A stretch of 64,000 bases of DNA from Clostridia bacterium (GTDB taxonomy: Bacteria > Bacillota > Clostridia > TANB77 > CAG-508). Positions 21,520-32,904 of the stretch are shown piece after piece. The notes beneath the pieces are model-generated. The model saw nothing but the letters and a program-made list of their open reading frames with translations. It was not told the DNA's origin and made no database searches. The translations under genes were made by a program, and so were the position numbers. The first letter of the stretch is position 1, and every line of letters starts with the position of its first letter. The DNA lies in the NCBI GenBank assembly GCA_022791325.1, contig JAAVYV010000011.1, forward strand, positions 18,636-82,635, written 5' to 3'.

Positions 21520-22405
21520 ATGATTTTTAAAGATTATTATAAAATATTAGGTTTAGAAAATAATAAAGCAAATATTAGTGAAATAAAAATAGCGTTTAGA
21601 GAACAAGCCAAAAAGTATCATCCAGATGTAAACGAAGGTAAGTATTCAGAAGAAAGATTTAAGGACATAAATGAAGCTTATAGAGTACTTTCAAATAGCA
21701 CAGCAAAAAGAAAATATGATAGAGTATGGTATTCAAACGTTGGAAGAAAAATAGAAAGACAAAAAGATAAAGAAGGAAGAGAAACAAGGACAGACTTTCT
21801 AGGAATTTTATTTGGAAATAATACACAATCAAATAGAGAAGAAATTAAAAATAACAAGAAGATACCAATAAAAGGTGAAAACATAGAAACAGAAATTGAT
21901 TTAAGTATAGAAGAAGGGTATTATGGTTTAAATAAAAAGATATCTTTAAAAACAATTGAAGGGAAGGCAAAAACATTTAATGTAAAAATACCAGCAGGAA
22001 TACGAAATGGAGAAAAAATACGTTTACTTGGACAACGGAAAACCAGGGCAAAATGGAGGAAGAAACGGAGATTTATTCATAAAAATAAATATAAATAATA
22101 CAAAAAAATATAAATTAAAAGGATATGATTTATACACCAATCTTTATTTAGCACCATGGGAAGCAGCACTAGGTACAAGAGCACAAATAAATGCAATAGA
22201 TGAACAAGCCAATATATATGTGCCAAGAGGCATTGGTACAGGCGAAATATTGAGAATATCAGGAAAAGGCTATAGAGATGGAAAAGGTGGAAGAGGAGAT
22301 TTAATAGCAGAAGTAAAAATAATAGTTCCAAAAGAACTAACAAAAGAAGAAATACAGATATATGAAAAATTAAAAGAAATATCAAAATTTGAACCAAGAA
22401 ATTAA
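21520..22405 (+). CDS. J-domain co-chaperone of the CbpA/DnaJ class II type. Joined across one CGG.
   Basis: DYYKILGL...AFREQAKKYHPDVN J domain with HPD. The DnaJ C-terminal domain reads ..IRLLGQGKPGQNGGRNGDLFIKININ.. after skipping the C of CGG 22036-38. Confidence 0.85.
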
Positions 22406-22609
22406 CTGCAAGTTTGTATGTTGTTTGAGCTTAAACATTTTTATTGTATATCAATAAAAATGCTATAACTATACAGTTTACAGCAAATTTGTTCTTTACA
22501 TAAGGGCATAAATAGGTTGACAAGAACAAAAATACATAGTATAATTATGTATAGTTGCAAAACTAAAGAGAAACTATGATATTTGGTTCATAGAAAGGGA
22601 GAAATTAAA

Positions 22610-23135
22610 ATGGAGAGTATACAAGGAAAACACTTTAGCATTACAGACCCACAAGGTGTAAGCACAGTTATATACAGAGTGAACAAAACTGCTAAAGAAT
22701 TTTTAAATGAATACCCAAAATTTACAGTAGAGAGGCTTGTATCAGCAGAAGAATTAAAAGGGGATTTGAAGAAAAAAACATTTTTTATAGATGAGCCAAA
22801 TTATGAAGAGCAACTAATTATTTTATCTTTTGCAGGAGATAAAGTAGTAGTAAATATGGGAATTCTAGAAGATAACAAAGTTCGTATATCTAGAAAGCCT
22901 GTGCCAGTTAAGTTTGACACTCTATACTCTGAAAAAGAAGGAGTATATAAAGAGTTTAAATATACACCAAATTTACGGTAGGCCAATATCAATAATAGAC
23001 CCAGAAACAACAGAGGAGATAAAACCTAAAGTATATTTGGACAAGAACACAAATGAACTAAAAGGAAAGTGTGAATTAAAACCATATAAATCTTATTTTG
23101 CGTTTGAGATACGTGAAAAGAAAGAGGATGTCTAG
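22610..23135 (+). CDS. Hypothetical protein (about 174 aa). Joined across one CGG.
   Basis: ATG at 22610 preceded by AAAGGGAG. ORFs 22583..22981 and 22914..23135 join when the C of CGG 22976-78 (immediately before TAG) is skipped. Confidence 0.55.
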
Positions 23136-23151
23136 AAAGGAGAATTAAAAA

Positions 23152-23484
23152 ATGAAACCAACAACTGAAGGTTTAATAGCTAACTTTGATATGGTATGCA
23201 TATCATTCGACAAAGAAAAAGAAAAAAGAGGTATAAAAGTAGTACAAGGAGCAACAAAGAATTCGATATTTAATGAGGAAATGAATATAAAAGTTGAAAA
23301 TGGAGAATTAACTGAAAATAATATTCTTAAATCAGAAAATGGAAATATAATAGAATTTGAAAAAAATGCATTTAAAATACTAAAAAGAAATAGAAAAATG
23401 AAATCACAAAAAGGAATAGTATATAATTTCGAAGTCGAAAAGAGAGCAAGAAATAGTAAAAAAGAGCAAGAAAGAGGAGCATAA
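23152..23484 (+). CDS. Hypothetical protein (110 aa)
   Basis: ORF with AAGGAG upstream. No family recognised. Confidence 0.5.
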   Translation: MKPTTEGLIANFDMVCISFDKEKEKRGIKVVQGATKNSIFNEEMNIKVENGELTENNILKSENGNIIEFEKNAFKILKRNRKMKSQKGIVYNFEVEKRARNSKKEQERGA

Positions 23485-23511
23485 ATAAACTAAAGAAAAG
23501 GTGGAACGTTT

Positions 23512-25639
23512 GTGGGGAAAATAGACAAGTTCAAGAATTCGGTAAAACAAGGTAAAAGATTTTTAATAATTATATCAGTACTATGGCTAATATTAGCCAT
23601 AGTACTTGTCGCGCCTATTGCACTGGCATGGGCAGAAGCACCAAATGGTTCAAACAGTGACTTTTTAACAAATTTTGTAGAATATTTTGTTAAAGAAGTA
23701 ACAAGCTTTACAGCATTTTTTAGAATGTTTGGATATAAAGGAGCCTTTGGAATATTTTTAAAATGCTTAATACCATATACAATAGCATTTATAGCATTTT
23801 CAATAAAAGGTTTTTGGAAAACAAAGCCAAAGGGAAAATACTATGATATAGAGCATGGGTCAAGTGATTGGAGCGTAAAAGGTGAGCAATATAAAATATT
23901 AAGCCCAGACAAAGGAATAATACTAGCAAAAGAAAATTACTTACCAGTAGATAAAAGAGGAAACGTAAATACATTAATAGTACGGAGGTTCAGGATCTGG
24001 TAAATCGGCATCATATTCAATACCGAATGCAACACAAATGTTAGGTTCATATGTATTTACAGACCCTAAAGGTGAATTATATGATAAAACAGCAGGTTAC
24101 CTAAAAAAACATGGGTATGACATAAAAGTATTAAACTTAGTAAACCCAAATAATAGTGATGGATATAATCCATTAATGCACGTTGCAAGTGAATTAGATG
24201 TAGACGTTATAGCAAATACAGTAGTAAAAGGTCAAGGAGCAGAAGGAAAAAGTGACCCATATTGGGATGATATGGCAGAAATGCTATTAAAGGCACTAAT
24301 ATATTACCTAATAGCAACAAGACCAGAAGAAGAACAAAACTTAGCAAGCTGTTCAGAAATGGTAAGGGCAGCAAATAACAATGGTGGAAGTAACTTACTT
24401 ACAGAATTAATAAACCAATTACCATATGATCATCCAGCAAGAATGTACTATAAATCAATAGAAATAGCACCAGAAAAAACATATGGTTCAATATTAAGTT
24501 CACTTCAATCAAAACTAGGAAAGTTTGACTCAAAAGAAATAGCAGAAGTAACATCAACAGATACAATAAATTTTGAAGATATAGGAAGTAAAAAAACAGC
24601 AGTATATGTAATATCATCAGATACGCATACAGCATATGACTTCTTACTTACAATATTCTTCTCACAAATGATACAACAACTATATAATTTTGCGGACTTA
24701 AATGGAGGAAGGTTAAAAGTACCAGTATTTTTTATATTGGATGAGTTTGCAAACATAGGAAGAATTCCAGACTTCGACAAAAAGATATCAACATCAAGAA
24801 GTAGAGGAATACAATTCAGTGTTATACTTCAAAACTTAGACCAATTAGAGGCAGTATATGAAAAAAGTTACGAAACAATAATGGGTAACTGTGACACACA
24901 TGTATTCTTAGGAAGTAACTCATTTAAAACAGTAGAATACTTTTCAAAGGCATTAGGAGAAAAAACAATATCAAGAGATAGTAACTCAGTAAATAAAGAT
25001 AAGCATTTTCATAAACAAGGATTTAGTCAATCTGAGCAAATAATGGCAAGGCCACTTATGACACCAGATGAACTAAGAAGAATGGATAACGACTTATGTA
25101 TTATATATGAAAAGGGTATAAAACCAGTAAAAGCAGAAAAGTACTACTATTTTGAACAAGCAAAAGTATATAAAGATTTACAACAAGACACATTAGACCA
25201 TAATGACTTTGATATAGGGTCAAGGGGAGAATGGAGAAAATATAACCCATATAATCCATATGTACCAGACAAGCCAAACGTAAGCAAGGAAAGTTTAAAA
25301 GTAGAATCATTAGATGACTTATTTGATGATGAGCCATTAGAAGAAAAAAAGAAAGAACAAAATATAAAACCCCATATAGAACAAAATGAAAAATCAAGTG
25401 AAGAAAAACAGGAAGATGAACTATCATTAGAAAGTTTTGATTTTATGGAAGAAGAAACAGTTCAACAACCAGTTAAAGAAGAAAAAATAGAAAATAATGT
25501 AGAAGATGATTTATTTGATTTTTCAGATTTCGAATCACCAACTGTTCCACAAGAACCAATAAATGAAGATGCTTTCACAGAAGACTTACAAAAAGAACTA
25601 GAAGCTAAATTTGATGAATTATTTGGTCCGATGGAATAG
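23512..25639 (+). CDS. Type IV secretion coupling protein (VirD4/TraG/TraD family). Joined across one CGG.
   Basis: N-terminal TM helices. Walker A appears only after skipping the C of CGG 23983-85: TLIVGGSGSGKSASYSIPN..DPKGELY. Also GYNPL, Walker B FFILDEFANIG and RSRGIQFSVILQNLDQL, with an acidic C-terminal tail. Confidence 0.9.
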
Positions 25640-25654
25640 AATTATAGGAAAACA

Positions 25655-25846
25655 GAAAAAGATTTAGGACGTGAAAGATTTGGGGAAGGAAAGATTTGGG
25701 ACGTGAAAGATTTGGGACGTGTCTAAAAATTTACAAACATATATAATAAAAAAATATATAGTTATTTAATGTTTGTAAATTTTTAGACACGTCCCAAATC
25801 TTTACGTCCCAAATCTTTACCCGCCCAAATCTTTACCAAATCTTTA
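25655..25846. repeat. Long composite inverted repeat (family AAAGATTTGGGACG); each arm carries about 4 tandem AAAGATTTGGG units
   Basis: The left arm ..GAAAGATTTGGGACGTGAAAGATTTGGGACGTGTCTAAAAATTTACAAACAT is mirrored by ATGTTTGTAAATTTTTAGACACGTCCCAAATCTTTACGTCCCAAATCTTT... Lies 3' of the coupling protein gene. Confidence 0.85.
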
Positions 25847-25953
25847 CTTAACTTCTAACTTCCATTCAAAAATTTTAAAAAACTGTTGTAAAAAATTCAT
25901 TTATTGATATAATAAGAAACAAGATAAGAAAATTTTTAGGAGGAAAAATAGTT

Positions 25954-27091
25954 ATGGTAAAGAAAGTAGCAATACTTGCAAATGGCGGAGATGTTTCAGG
26001 GTTTAATGCTGTTATAAGAGCAATTGTAAAAACTGCTGAAAGTAATAATGTAGAATGTTATGGATTTATAGATGGATATAGAGGTCTACTAAAAAACGAC
26101 TATATAAAATTAAGTAGCACTGATAAAGCATCAGGTATACTTCAAAAAGGTGGTTCAATAATATCTTCTTCAACAAATGCAAATGTATTCCATTATAAAA
26201 TAGTAGATGAAAATGGAAATGTAGAATACAAAGACTTATCAGACAAATGCGTTCAGAATGTAAAAGAAGATGGATTTGATTGTATATTTACACTAGGTGG
26301 GGATAGTACACAAAAATGTGCAAGAGACCTTTCTTTAAAAGGTATAAATGTTATAGGAGTGCCAAAAACAATAGATAATGATGTTGCATGTACAGATATA
26401 ACTTTTGGATATAATACTGCTGTATCAGTTGCAACAGAAGCATTAGATAGACTTCATACAACAGCAGAAACACATAATAGAATAATGGTATTAGAAGTAA
26501 TGGGAAGAGAAGCTCGGCTGGATAGCATTAGAATCAGCAATAGCAGGAGGAGCAGATGTAGCATTAATTCCAGAAATTCCATATGATATAAATAAAGCAG
26601 CAGAAGCAATAAAAGAAAGGCAAAAATTAGGAAAGAACTTTAGTGTAGTAGTAGTTTCAGAAGGAGCATTTCCAAAAGGCGGAGAAATATCAGTATCAGA
26701 TGAAAGAACTGGTGGAGAAGGAGTAATAAACATTAAACTTGGAGGAGCAGGAGAAAAGGTTGCAAAAGAGTTAGAAGAACTAACAGGTCTAACAGCAAGA
26801 TGCACAGTATTAGGATATATGCAAAGAGGAGGAACACCAACAGCATATGATAGAGTACTTTCTACAAAATATGGTTCAAAAGCAATGGAACTAGCTATTC
26901 AAGGTAAGTTTAATGTCCTTACAGTTATAAAAAAAGGAAAATTAGACTCAGTTCCACTAGAAGATGTAATTGGAAATAATAAAGAAATAGGAGCTATTCA
27001 AGATGGAACACTAGGAAATGTAAAAGTAGTTACAATGGAAGATGATTTAGTAATAACTGCTAGAAATATTGGAATTAATTTAGGAGATTAA
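25954..27091 (+). CDS. pfkA: ATP-dependent 6-phosphofructokinase. Joined across one CGG.
   Basis: ILANGGDVSGFNAVIRA, GGDST, PKTIDND and MGREAGWIALESAIAGGADVALIPE (after skipping the C of CGG 26515-17), then LGYMQRGG. Confidence 0.9.
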
Positions 27092-27149
27092 GAAGACTAA
27101 CAATTGATAATGATTCTAAAAATTTATTGTTCCTATACAAAAATAAAAA

Positions 27150-27172
27150 GGCGAGGATAAATTTTCCTCGCC
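27150..27172. terminator. Bidirectional hairpin between convergent genes
   Basis: GGCGAGGA-TAAATTT-TCCTCGCC flanked by A and T runs. Confidence 0.6.
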
Positions 27173-27181
27173 ATAAGGTTT

Positions 27182-27631
27182 TTATTCGTCATCTGATAAT
27201 AACCAATTTTTTATTTTAGATTTGAGCTTTTTTTCGACATTGTGACTAGCAGACTGTAATTGACAAACCGTTGCCTTACATGCACCTTTTACCTCTTCTG
27301 GAATAACAGAGTCAATTTTAGCCTTTGCTTCTTGGCATCCATTTTTTAATACGGTGGTGATGGAATCCTTTTTCAGATCCTTATCAATATTAACTATTAA
27401 TAGCTCGACATCGCATATAACATATGATACTGGCACAAGGCCAAATGCACAAGCCTGAATTTGGCTTAAAATCTTATCTGCAACTTTGCTATAGATTGGG
27501 TGATCTTTTAGTTTAGAGATGGATACTGTTAACCGCATCAAATTCTCAAATAGGTCTCCATCATCTGATAATTCACGGCAAATGTCTTTTAATTCTGCAA
27601 GTAATTCATTAAGTTCTTCTTTTTTCATCAT
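27182..27631 (-). CDS. Hypothetical protein (149 aa), GC-richer than its neighbours
   Basis: Intact ORF with GGT-rich RBS region. Contains an in-frame CGG (27533-35) that is read through. No family recognised. Confidence 0.55.
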   Translation of the reverse strand: MMKKEELNELLAELKDICRELSDDGDLFENLMRLTVSISKLKDHPIYSKVADKILSQIQACAFGLVPVSYVICDVELLIVNIDKDLKKDSITTVLKNGCQEAKAKIDSVIPEEVKGACKATVCQLQSASHNVEKKLKSKIKNWLLSDDE

Positions 27632-27825
27632 AAAGCTACCTAACCTTTCTTCTACAACATAAATTATTGTTACTAAAATAGTATAATACGTTATGTAAAA
27701 TTTGTCAATAGAATTTATAATAAATTTATTCGAAAGGCTTGTAATTAAATAAATATTATGTTAAAATAATTACGTTAATGGTAAAAAATGGAATGATTAA
27801 TTAATTATCCAAAGGAGGAATTTTT

Positions 27826-27993
27826 ATGACGAAAATGAGAAGTAAATTTTATATTACCTGCCAGGAATGTCAACATGAGCTAAAAGTTGTTGTGAAAGGG
27901 GCAACTAAGGGAACGATGCTAATATTTGATTGTTCAAAATGTAAAGCCACAAATATTTTAAACACTGCTGAAATTCTAAAACAACAGCATTGA
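27826..27993 (+). CDS. Small zinc-ribbon protein (55 aa)
   Basis: AAAGGAGG RBS. CQEC...CSKC four-cysteine pattern. Not in the supplied track (under 60 aa). Confidence 0.45.
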   Translation: MTKMRSKFYITCQECQHELKVVVKGATKGTMLIFDCSKCKATNILNTAEILKQQH

Positions 27994-27994
27994 T

Positions 27995-28113
27995 AAAAGG
28001 GTCTGTAAAAAAAAGTGTGTCAAATGGGACGGGGGATATTGACACATCTTTAAAAGATAAAGTGTGTCAATATCCCCCGTCCCATTTGACACACTTTTTT
28101 TACAGACCCTTTT
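27995..28113. repeat. Long near-perfect inverted repeat (about 50-bp arms)
   Basis: AAAAGGGTCTGTAAAAAAAAGTGTGTCAAATGGGACGGGGGATATTGACACA ... TGTGTCAATATCCCCCGTCCCATTTGACACACTTTTTTTACAGACCCTTTT. Confidence 0.85.
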
Positions 28114-28222
28114 ATTAATTTTTCAATATTAATATTGAAAAAATGTAATATTGTGTTATAATACTCACAGAAACAAGTAATAAAAAAATGTACAATTAAA
28201 CATTTTAAAGGAGGAATATTTT

Positions 28223-28648
28223 ATGACAGACATTAAGCTTATGGAAGTAAATGGAAGACCAAGACAAGTAGAAATTAGCCCAGCTTTTATACAAATAATC
28301 GAAGAAGTAGATAGTGTATATATAAATGCACGGTCAAAAATAATTACCAATATTCTTGATAATAGTATGAAAGGAAAAGAAATATATAAAGTAAGAGAGA
28401 CTCCAAATGAAATTAGTGAAGAAATGAAAGCACTAGGAATAAAAATGATTGAGCTTATGTCAGTTAATGGAAGACCAAAAAGAATAATTATGAGGAATTC
28501 AGCCATAACTAAAGTAGAGTATTATAATAATCCATATTTATATAATGCTCATTCTAAAGTGTATACTAATTTAACTGATAATAATGGAAAGACTATAGAA
28601 TATATAGCATCAGAAACAAAAGAAGAAATTGAGCAAAAGCTACAATAA
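28223..28648 (+). CDS. Hypothetical protein made of two tandem ~65-aa repeats (141 aa)
   Basis: Internal duplication: LMEVNGRPRQVEISPAFIQ..YINARSKIITNI versus LMSVNGRPKRIIMRNSAIT..LYNAHSKVYTNL. Loosely FlbD-like, not established. Confidence 0.55.
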   Translation: MTDIKLMEVNGRPRQVEISPAFIQIIEEVDSVYINARSKIITNILDNSMKGKEIYKVRETPNEISEEMKALGIKMIELMSVNGRPKRIIMRNSAITKVEYYNNPYLYNAHSKVYTNLTDNNGKTIEYIASETKEEIEQKLQ

Positions 28649-28759
28649 ACATAGCAAATATTAAATTTTGCATAAATAATTAATTAAAATTTAATTAAAA
28701 ACCAAAAAATCCATTGAAATAAATGGATTTTTTTGGTAATATATAAAAGGGGTTTAGGT

Positions 28760-29170
28760 ATGGAAGAAATAAAAGAAAAATTAGAAAAAGCAAAACAATA
28801 TTTAATAAAAGAAATTAAATGTGATGCAATAGTACTTTTTGGAAGTTATTCAAGGAACACTCAAAATAAAGAAAGTGATGTAGATATAGGAATAAAGTCA
28901 CCAAACAAAATACAACCTAAACAATTATTTGAAATAAAACAAAAATTAGAAGACATTTTACAAAAAGATGTTGACTTAATAGATCTAGAAAATACACAAG
29001 ATGGAATAAGATATGAAATACTAATTAATGGAATTACTCTATATGCAAAAGATAAATTTAGATTTGAGTTGTATAAACTAGATATGTATAGAGAATATTT
29101 GGAATTAAATGAAAGTAGAAAAATAATTATAGATAATATAAAAAATGGAGGCACAATTTATGGAAAATGA
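28760..29170 (+). CDS. mntA: Nucleotidyltransferase-fold antitoxin (MNT/MntA type)
   Basis: LFGSYSRNTQNKESDVDIGI minimal nucleotidyltransferase motif. Overlaps the HEPN partner. Confidence 0.8.
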   Translation: MEEIKEKLEKAKQYLIKEIKCDAIVLFGSYSRNTQNKESDVDIGIKSPNKIQPKQLFEIKQKLEDILQKDVDLIDLENTQDGIRYEILINGITLYAKDKFRFELYKLDMYREYLELNESRKIIIDNIKNGGTIYGK

Positions 29171-29573
29171 AGCCGTTATTATAAATAAATACGAAATAAT
29201 AGAAAGATGCATAAATAGAATAAACGAAGAATATGAAAATAACCCCAATAATTTACAAGATTACAGAAAACTAGATTGTATAGTATTAAACTTACAAAGA
29301 GCATGTGAAGCAACAACAGATATAGCAATGTATATAGTTTCTACAAGAAAATTGGGAATACCACAGACGAAAAAAGAAGCATTTAAAAAATTAGAAGAAA
29401 ATAAAATAATATCTAGCGAAATGTCTAAAAATATGCAAAATATGATAGGATTTAGAAATATAGCAGTACATGATTACAAACAAATAGATGAAGAAATATT
29501 ACAAGAAGTTATAGAAAAGCATTTAGATAATTTACTAGAATTTGCAAGAACAATTATTAATTTAAAAAGATAA
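29160..29573 (+). CDS. hepT: HEPN-domain (DUF86/HepT type) toxin
   Basis: R-x4-H motif FRNIAVHDY near the C-terminus. About 137 aa, translationally coupled to the MNT gene. Confidence 0.8.
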   Translation: MENEAVIINKYEIIERCINRINEEYENNPNNLQDYRKLDCIVLNLQRACEATTDIAMYIVSTRKLGIPQTKKEAFKKLEENKIISSEMSKNMQNMIGFRNIAVHDYKQIDEEILQEVIEKHLDNLLEFARTIINLKR

Positions 29574-29592
29574 TAAAGAAAGGGATGATACA

Positions 29593-31300
29593 ATGTTAGA
29601 TTTAAAAAACATAATAGCAAAAGCTATAAACAAAGTAATAAATATAAATGAAAAGGAACTAGAGGATTTTATAGAAATTCCAAAAGATACTACAATGGGA
29701 GACTATGCATTTCCATGTTTTAAACTAGCAAAAGAGTTAAGAAAAGCACCTCCTGCCATAGCAAGTGATATAAAAGAAAAATTAGAAATAGATGAAAAAT
29801 ATATAAAAAAAGTAGAAATAGTAGGAGGCTACTTAAACTTCTATATAAATAATAATATATTAGTAGAAGAAGTTTTAAAAGAATTTGAAACTAAAAAAGA
29901 AAACTATGGCTCATCAAAAGTTGGAGAAGGAAAAAATATTGTAATAGATTATTCATCACCCAATATTGCAAAGCCATTCCACATAGGTCATTTACGTTCA
30001 ACAGTAATAGGAGGAGCATTATACAATATATACAAATATTTAGGATATAATGTTACAGGAATAAACCACTTAGGGGACTATGGAACACAGTTTGGAAAAT
30101 TAATAGAAGGTTACAAAATGTGGGGAGAAGAATATAACATAGAAGAAAAACCAATTGATGAACTTACAAAAATTTATATAAGAATTAATGAACTTTGTAA
30201 AAAAGATGAAAAAGTTTTAGAAGAATGCAGAAATAATTTTAAAAAACTTGAAGATGGGGATTGCTACTGCACAGAAATTTGGACAAGGTTTAGGAACTTA
30301 AGTTTAAAAGAATTTCAAAAAGTATATGACTTATTAGGAAGTAAATTCGACTCATGGAATGGAGAAGCATTCTATTCAGATAAAATGGCAGAAGTAGTAG
30401 AAAAATTAGAGCAAACAGGAAAACTAATAGAATCAGAAGGAGCTCGTATAATTAACTTAGGAGAAGATACAGCACCATGTATTATAGGAAAAACAAATGG
30501 TTCAACAACATATGCAACACGTGACTTAGCAGCTATTTTATATAGAGCAAGGAACTATGACTTTGATAAGGCATTATATTTGACATCATATGAACAAGTA
30601 TTACACTTTAAACAAGTATTTGAAGTAGCAAAGTTATTAAACTTAAATGAAAAATACATAAAAGGTTTAGAGCATGTTCCATTTGGTATGGTAAGAAGTA
30701 AAGAACGGAAAAATGTCAACAAGAGACGGAAACATTATAAAATTAGAAGACCTATTAAATGAAGCAATAACAAGAGCTTTAAAGGTAATAGAAGAAAAAA
30801 ATCCAGATTTAGAAGAAAAAGAAGAAGTTGCAAGAAAAGTAGGAATAGGAGCAGTAATATTTAACGACTTAGCTAATAGCAGAATAAAAGATGAAATATT
30901 CGATTGGGATGCGATGCTAAACTTCCAAGGAGAAACAGGACCATATATTCAATATATATATGTACGTACAAAAAGTGTAATAGAAAAAGCAGGCTATGTA
31001 CCAGAGTTTAAAGATATTGATATTACAAAACTAGGAGACAATCAAGCAATAGAAACAATAAAAACAATATATAATTTTGAAAATATACTAAAACAAGTAA
31101 CAGAAAAAAACGAACCATCAATATTATCAAGGTATTTAATACAATTAAGTCAAAACTTCAGCAGTTTTTATACTGCGAATAAAATAATTACAGAAGAAAA
31201 AGAATTACAAGACGCAAGGCTATACCTAACATATGTAGTAGGAACAATACTAAAAACAGGAGCAGAATTATTAGGAATACAAATGCCAAACAGAATGTAG
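29593..31300 (+). CDS. argS: Arginine--tRNA ligase. Joined across one CGG.
   Basis: SSPNIAKPFHIGHLRS (HIGH), Add-1 N-terminal domain, and ..FGMVRSKEGKMSTRDGNIIKLEDLL.. (KMSK-type loop) after skipping the C of CGG 30706-08. DALR anticodon-binding C-terminus ending ..NRM. Confidence 0.9.
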
Positions 31301-31333
31301 TAAATTAAAAATTAGAAGAAAGATAAAAAAAGA

Positions 31334-31373
31334 TGTAGGGGCGACTATTAGTCGTCCGCCCTTCGAAGAAATT
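31334..31373 (+). repeat. GTAG-headed GC-rich palindromic repeat (REP-like) with CTTCGAAGAAAT box
   Basis: TGTAGGGGCGACTATTAGTCGTCCGCC CTTCGAAGAAATT. Confidence 0.75.
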
Positions 31374-31416
31374 ACCAAAATATCTAACCTCTGACTTCTA
31401 ACAAAAAAGGAGCAAA

Positions 31417-31941
31417 ATGAAAACAAGAAAAATACTATTTTTAATATTAATAATTATAAACTGCATAACAATATTCTACTTTTCCAATCAAGTAGCAGAT
31501 ACTTCTAGTAGCTCAAGTGGAAGAGTTGTAAACTTTGTAATGAAAGTTGTACCACAATTTAAAAACATGGAAGAACATCAAAAGGAGCATATTGCAAATG
31601 AAGTATTACAACCAATTGTAAGAAAGATGGCACATTTTTCGATATATACATTATTAGGTTTTCTAACTATGAACTTTGCACTTACATGTAAAATAGAGAA
31701 TAATGCATGTTATACGGACGAGCTAATAACCGCCTCTACAATTAAAAAGGTTAGAAACAAAAGAATATTATACAGCCAGCTATTTGGAACGTTATATGCT
31801 GTATCAGATGAAATACATCAGTTTTTTGTACCAGGGCGAAGTTGTGAAATTAGAGATGTTTGCATAGATTCACTAGGGGTATTAACAGGAATAATTTTTG
31901 TACTAATGATAATTGCAATATATAAAAAAATAAAAAAGTAA
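31417..31941 (+). CDS. VanZ family membrane protein
   Basis: KMAHFSIYTLLGFL and SDEIHQFFVPGRSCEIRDV.IDSLGVL motifs. Confidence 0.8.
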   Translation: MKTRKILFLILIIINCITIFYFSNQVADTSSSSSGRVVNFVMKVVPQFKNMEEHQKEHIANEVLQPIVRKMAHFSIYTLLGFLTMNFALTCKIENNACYTDELITASTIKKVRNKRILYSQLFGTLYAVSDEIHQFFVPGRSCEIRDVCIDSLGVLTGIIFVLMIIAIYKKIKK

Positions 31942-31997
31942 AATCTAATGAAGAATAAGTAATAAGTAATAAATAATTAGATGAAGGAGAATAAAAA

Positions 31998-32901
31998 ATG
32001 AAAAAAGTACAAGTACTAATGTCTACATGTAATGGAGAAAGGTATATAAAAGAACAAATAGAAAGTATACTAAATCAAGAAGGTGTAGATCTTACACTAT
32101 TAATAAGAGATGATGGCTCAACAGATGGAACATTAAAAATAATAGAAGAAATAATTAATAAAAACAGTAATGTTAATATGTATAGAGGAGAAAACTTAGG
32201 ACCTGCCAAAAGCTTTATGGATTTAATTAAAAATTCTAATGAAGCAGACTATTATGCTTTTGCAGACCAAGATGATGTATGGGATAATAAAAAGATAATT
32301 TCAGCAATAAATAAAATGCAAGGTAAAGAAGATGAGCCAACATTATATATTTCAGCATTACAAATAGTAGACGAAAATCTAAATGAGATAGAATTTAGAA
32401 AAGTAGAAGGTAATTTTTGTTTAGAAGGTGAAATGGTAAAAAACTTTGCAACAGGTTGTACACAAGTATTTAATAAAGAATTGTGCAATATGTTAAGAAA
32501 ATATGAGCCAACTTTTATAGTAATGCATGACTCATGGGTAACGAGACTTTGTTATGCAGTAGGTGGAAATGTAATAATAGACGATAATTCTTATATAAAA
32601 TACAGGCAACATAATAACAATTTAATAGGATATAAAGAAAGTAATATAAAAAGAATAAAAAAGCAATATAAAATAGCATTTAAAAAGAAAATACGTATAA
32701 GAGCTAATATAGCAACAGAAATCAAAAAACGGATATCAACAATATATAACAAGACAAGCAAATGAATTAATGAATAATTTAATAAACTATAACTTTGATA
32801 ATAGAGCAAAAAAATGGTTATTAAATAATAAAAAATTTAGAACTACTGATTCATATACAAATTTCAAAATGTTTGTAGCAATAATACTAAATAAATTCTA
32901 A
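31998..32901 (+). CDS. Family 2 glycosyltransferase. C-terminal 56 aa recovered by skipping the C of one CGG.
   Basis: VLMSTCNGERYIKEQIESILNQ, IRDDGSTDGT and ADQDDVW. The ORF stops 11 codons after CGG 32730-32. The skip-C frame runs on to TAA at 32899-901, directly before the next gene, and fills an otherwise empty 140-nt gap. Confidence 0.8.
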
Positions 32902-32904
32902 TGA

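Noticed and set aside
25655-25846. CRISPR-like array, because of repeated AAAGATTTGGG(ACGTG) units
   Set aside because: The units are directly abutting ~15-nt tandem repeats with no spacers. They are mirrored as the two arms of one large inverted repeat, and no cas genes are present.
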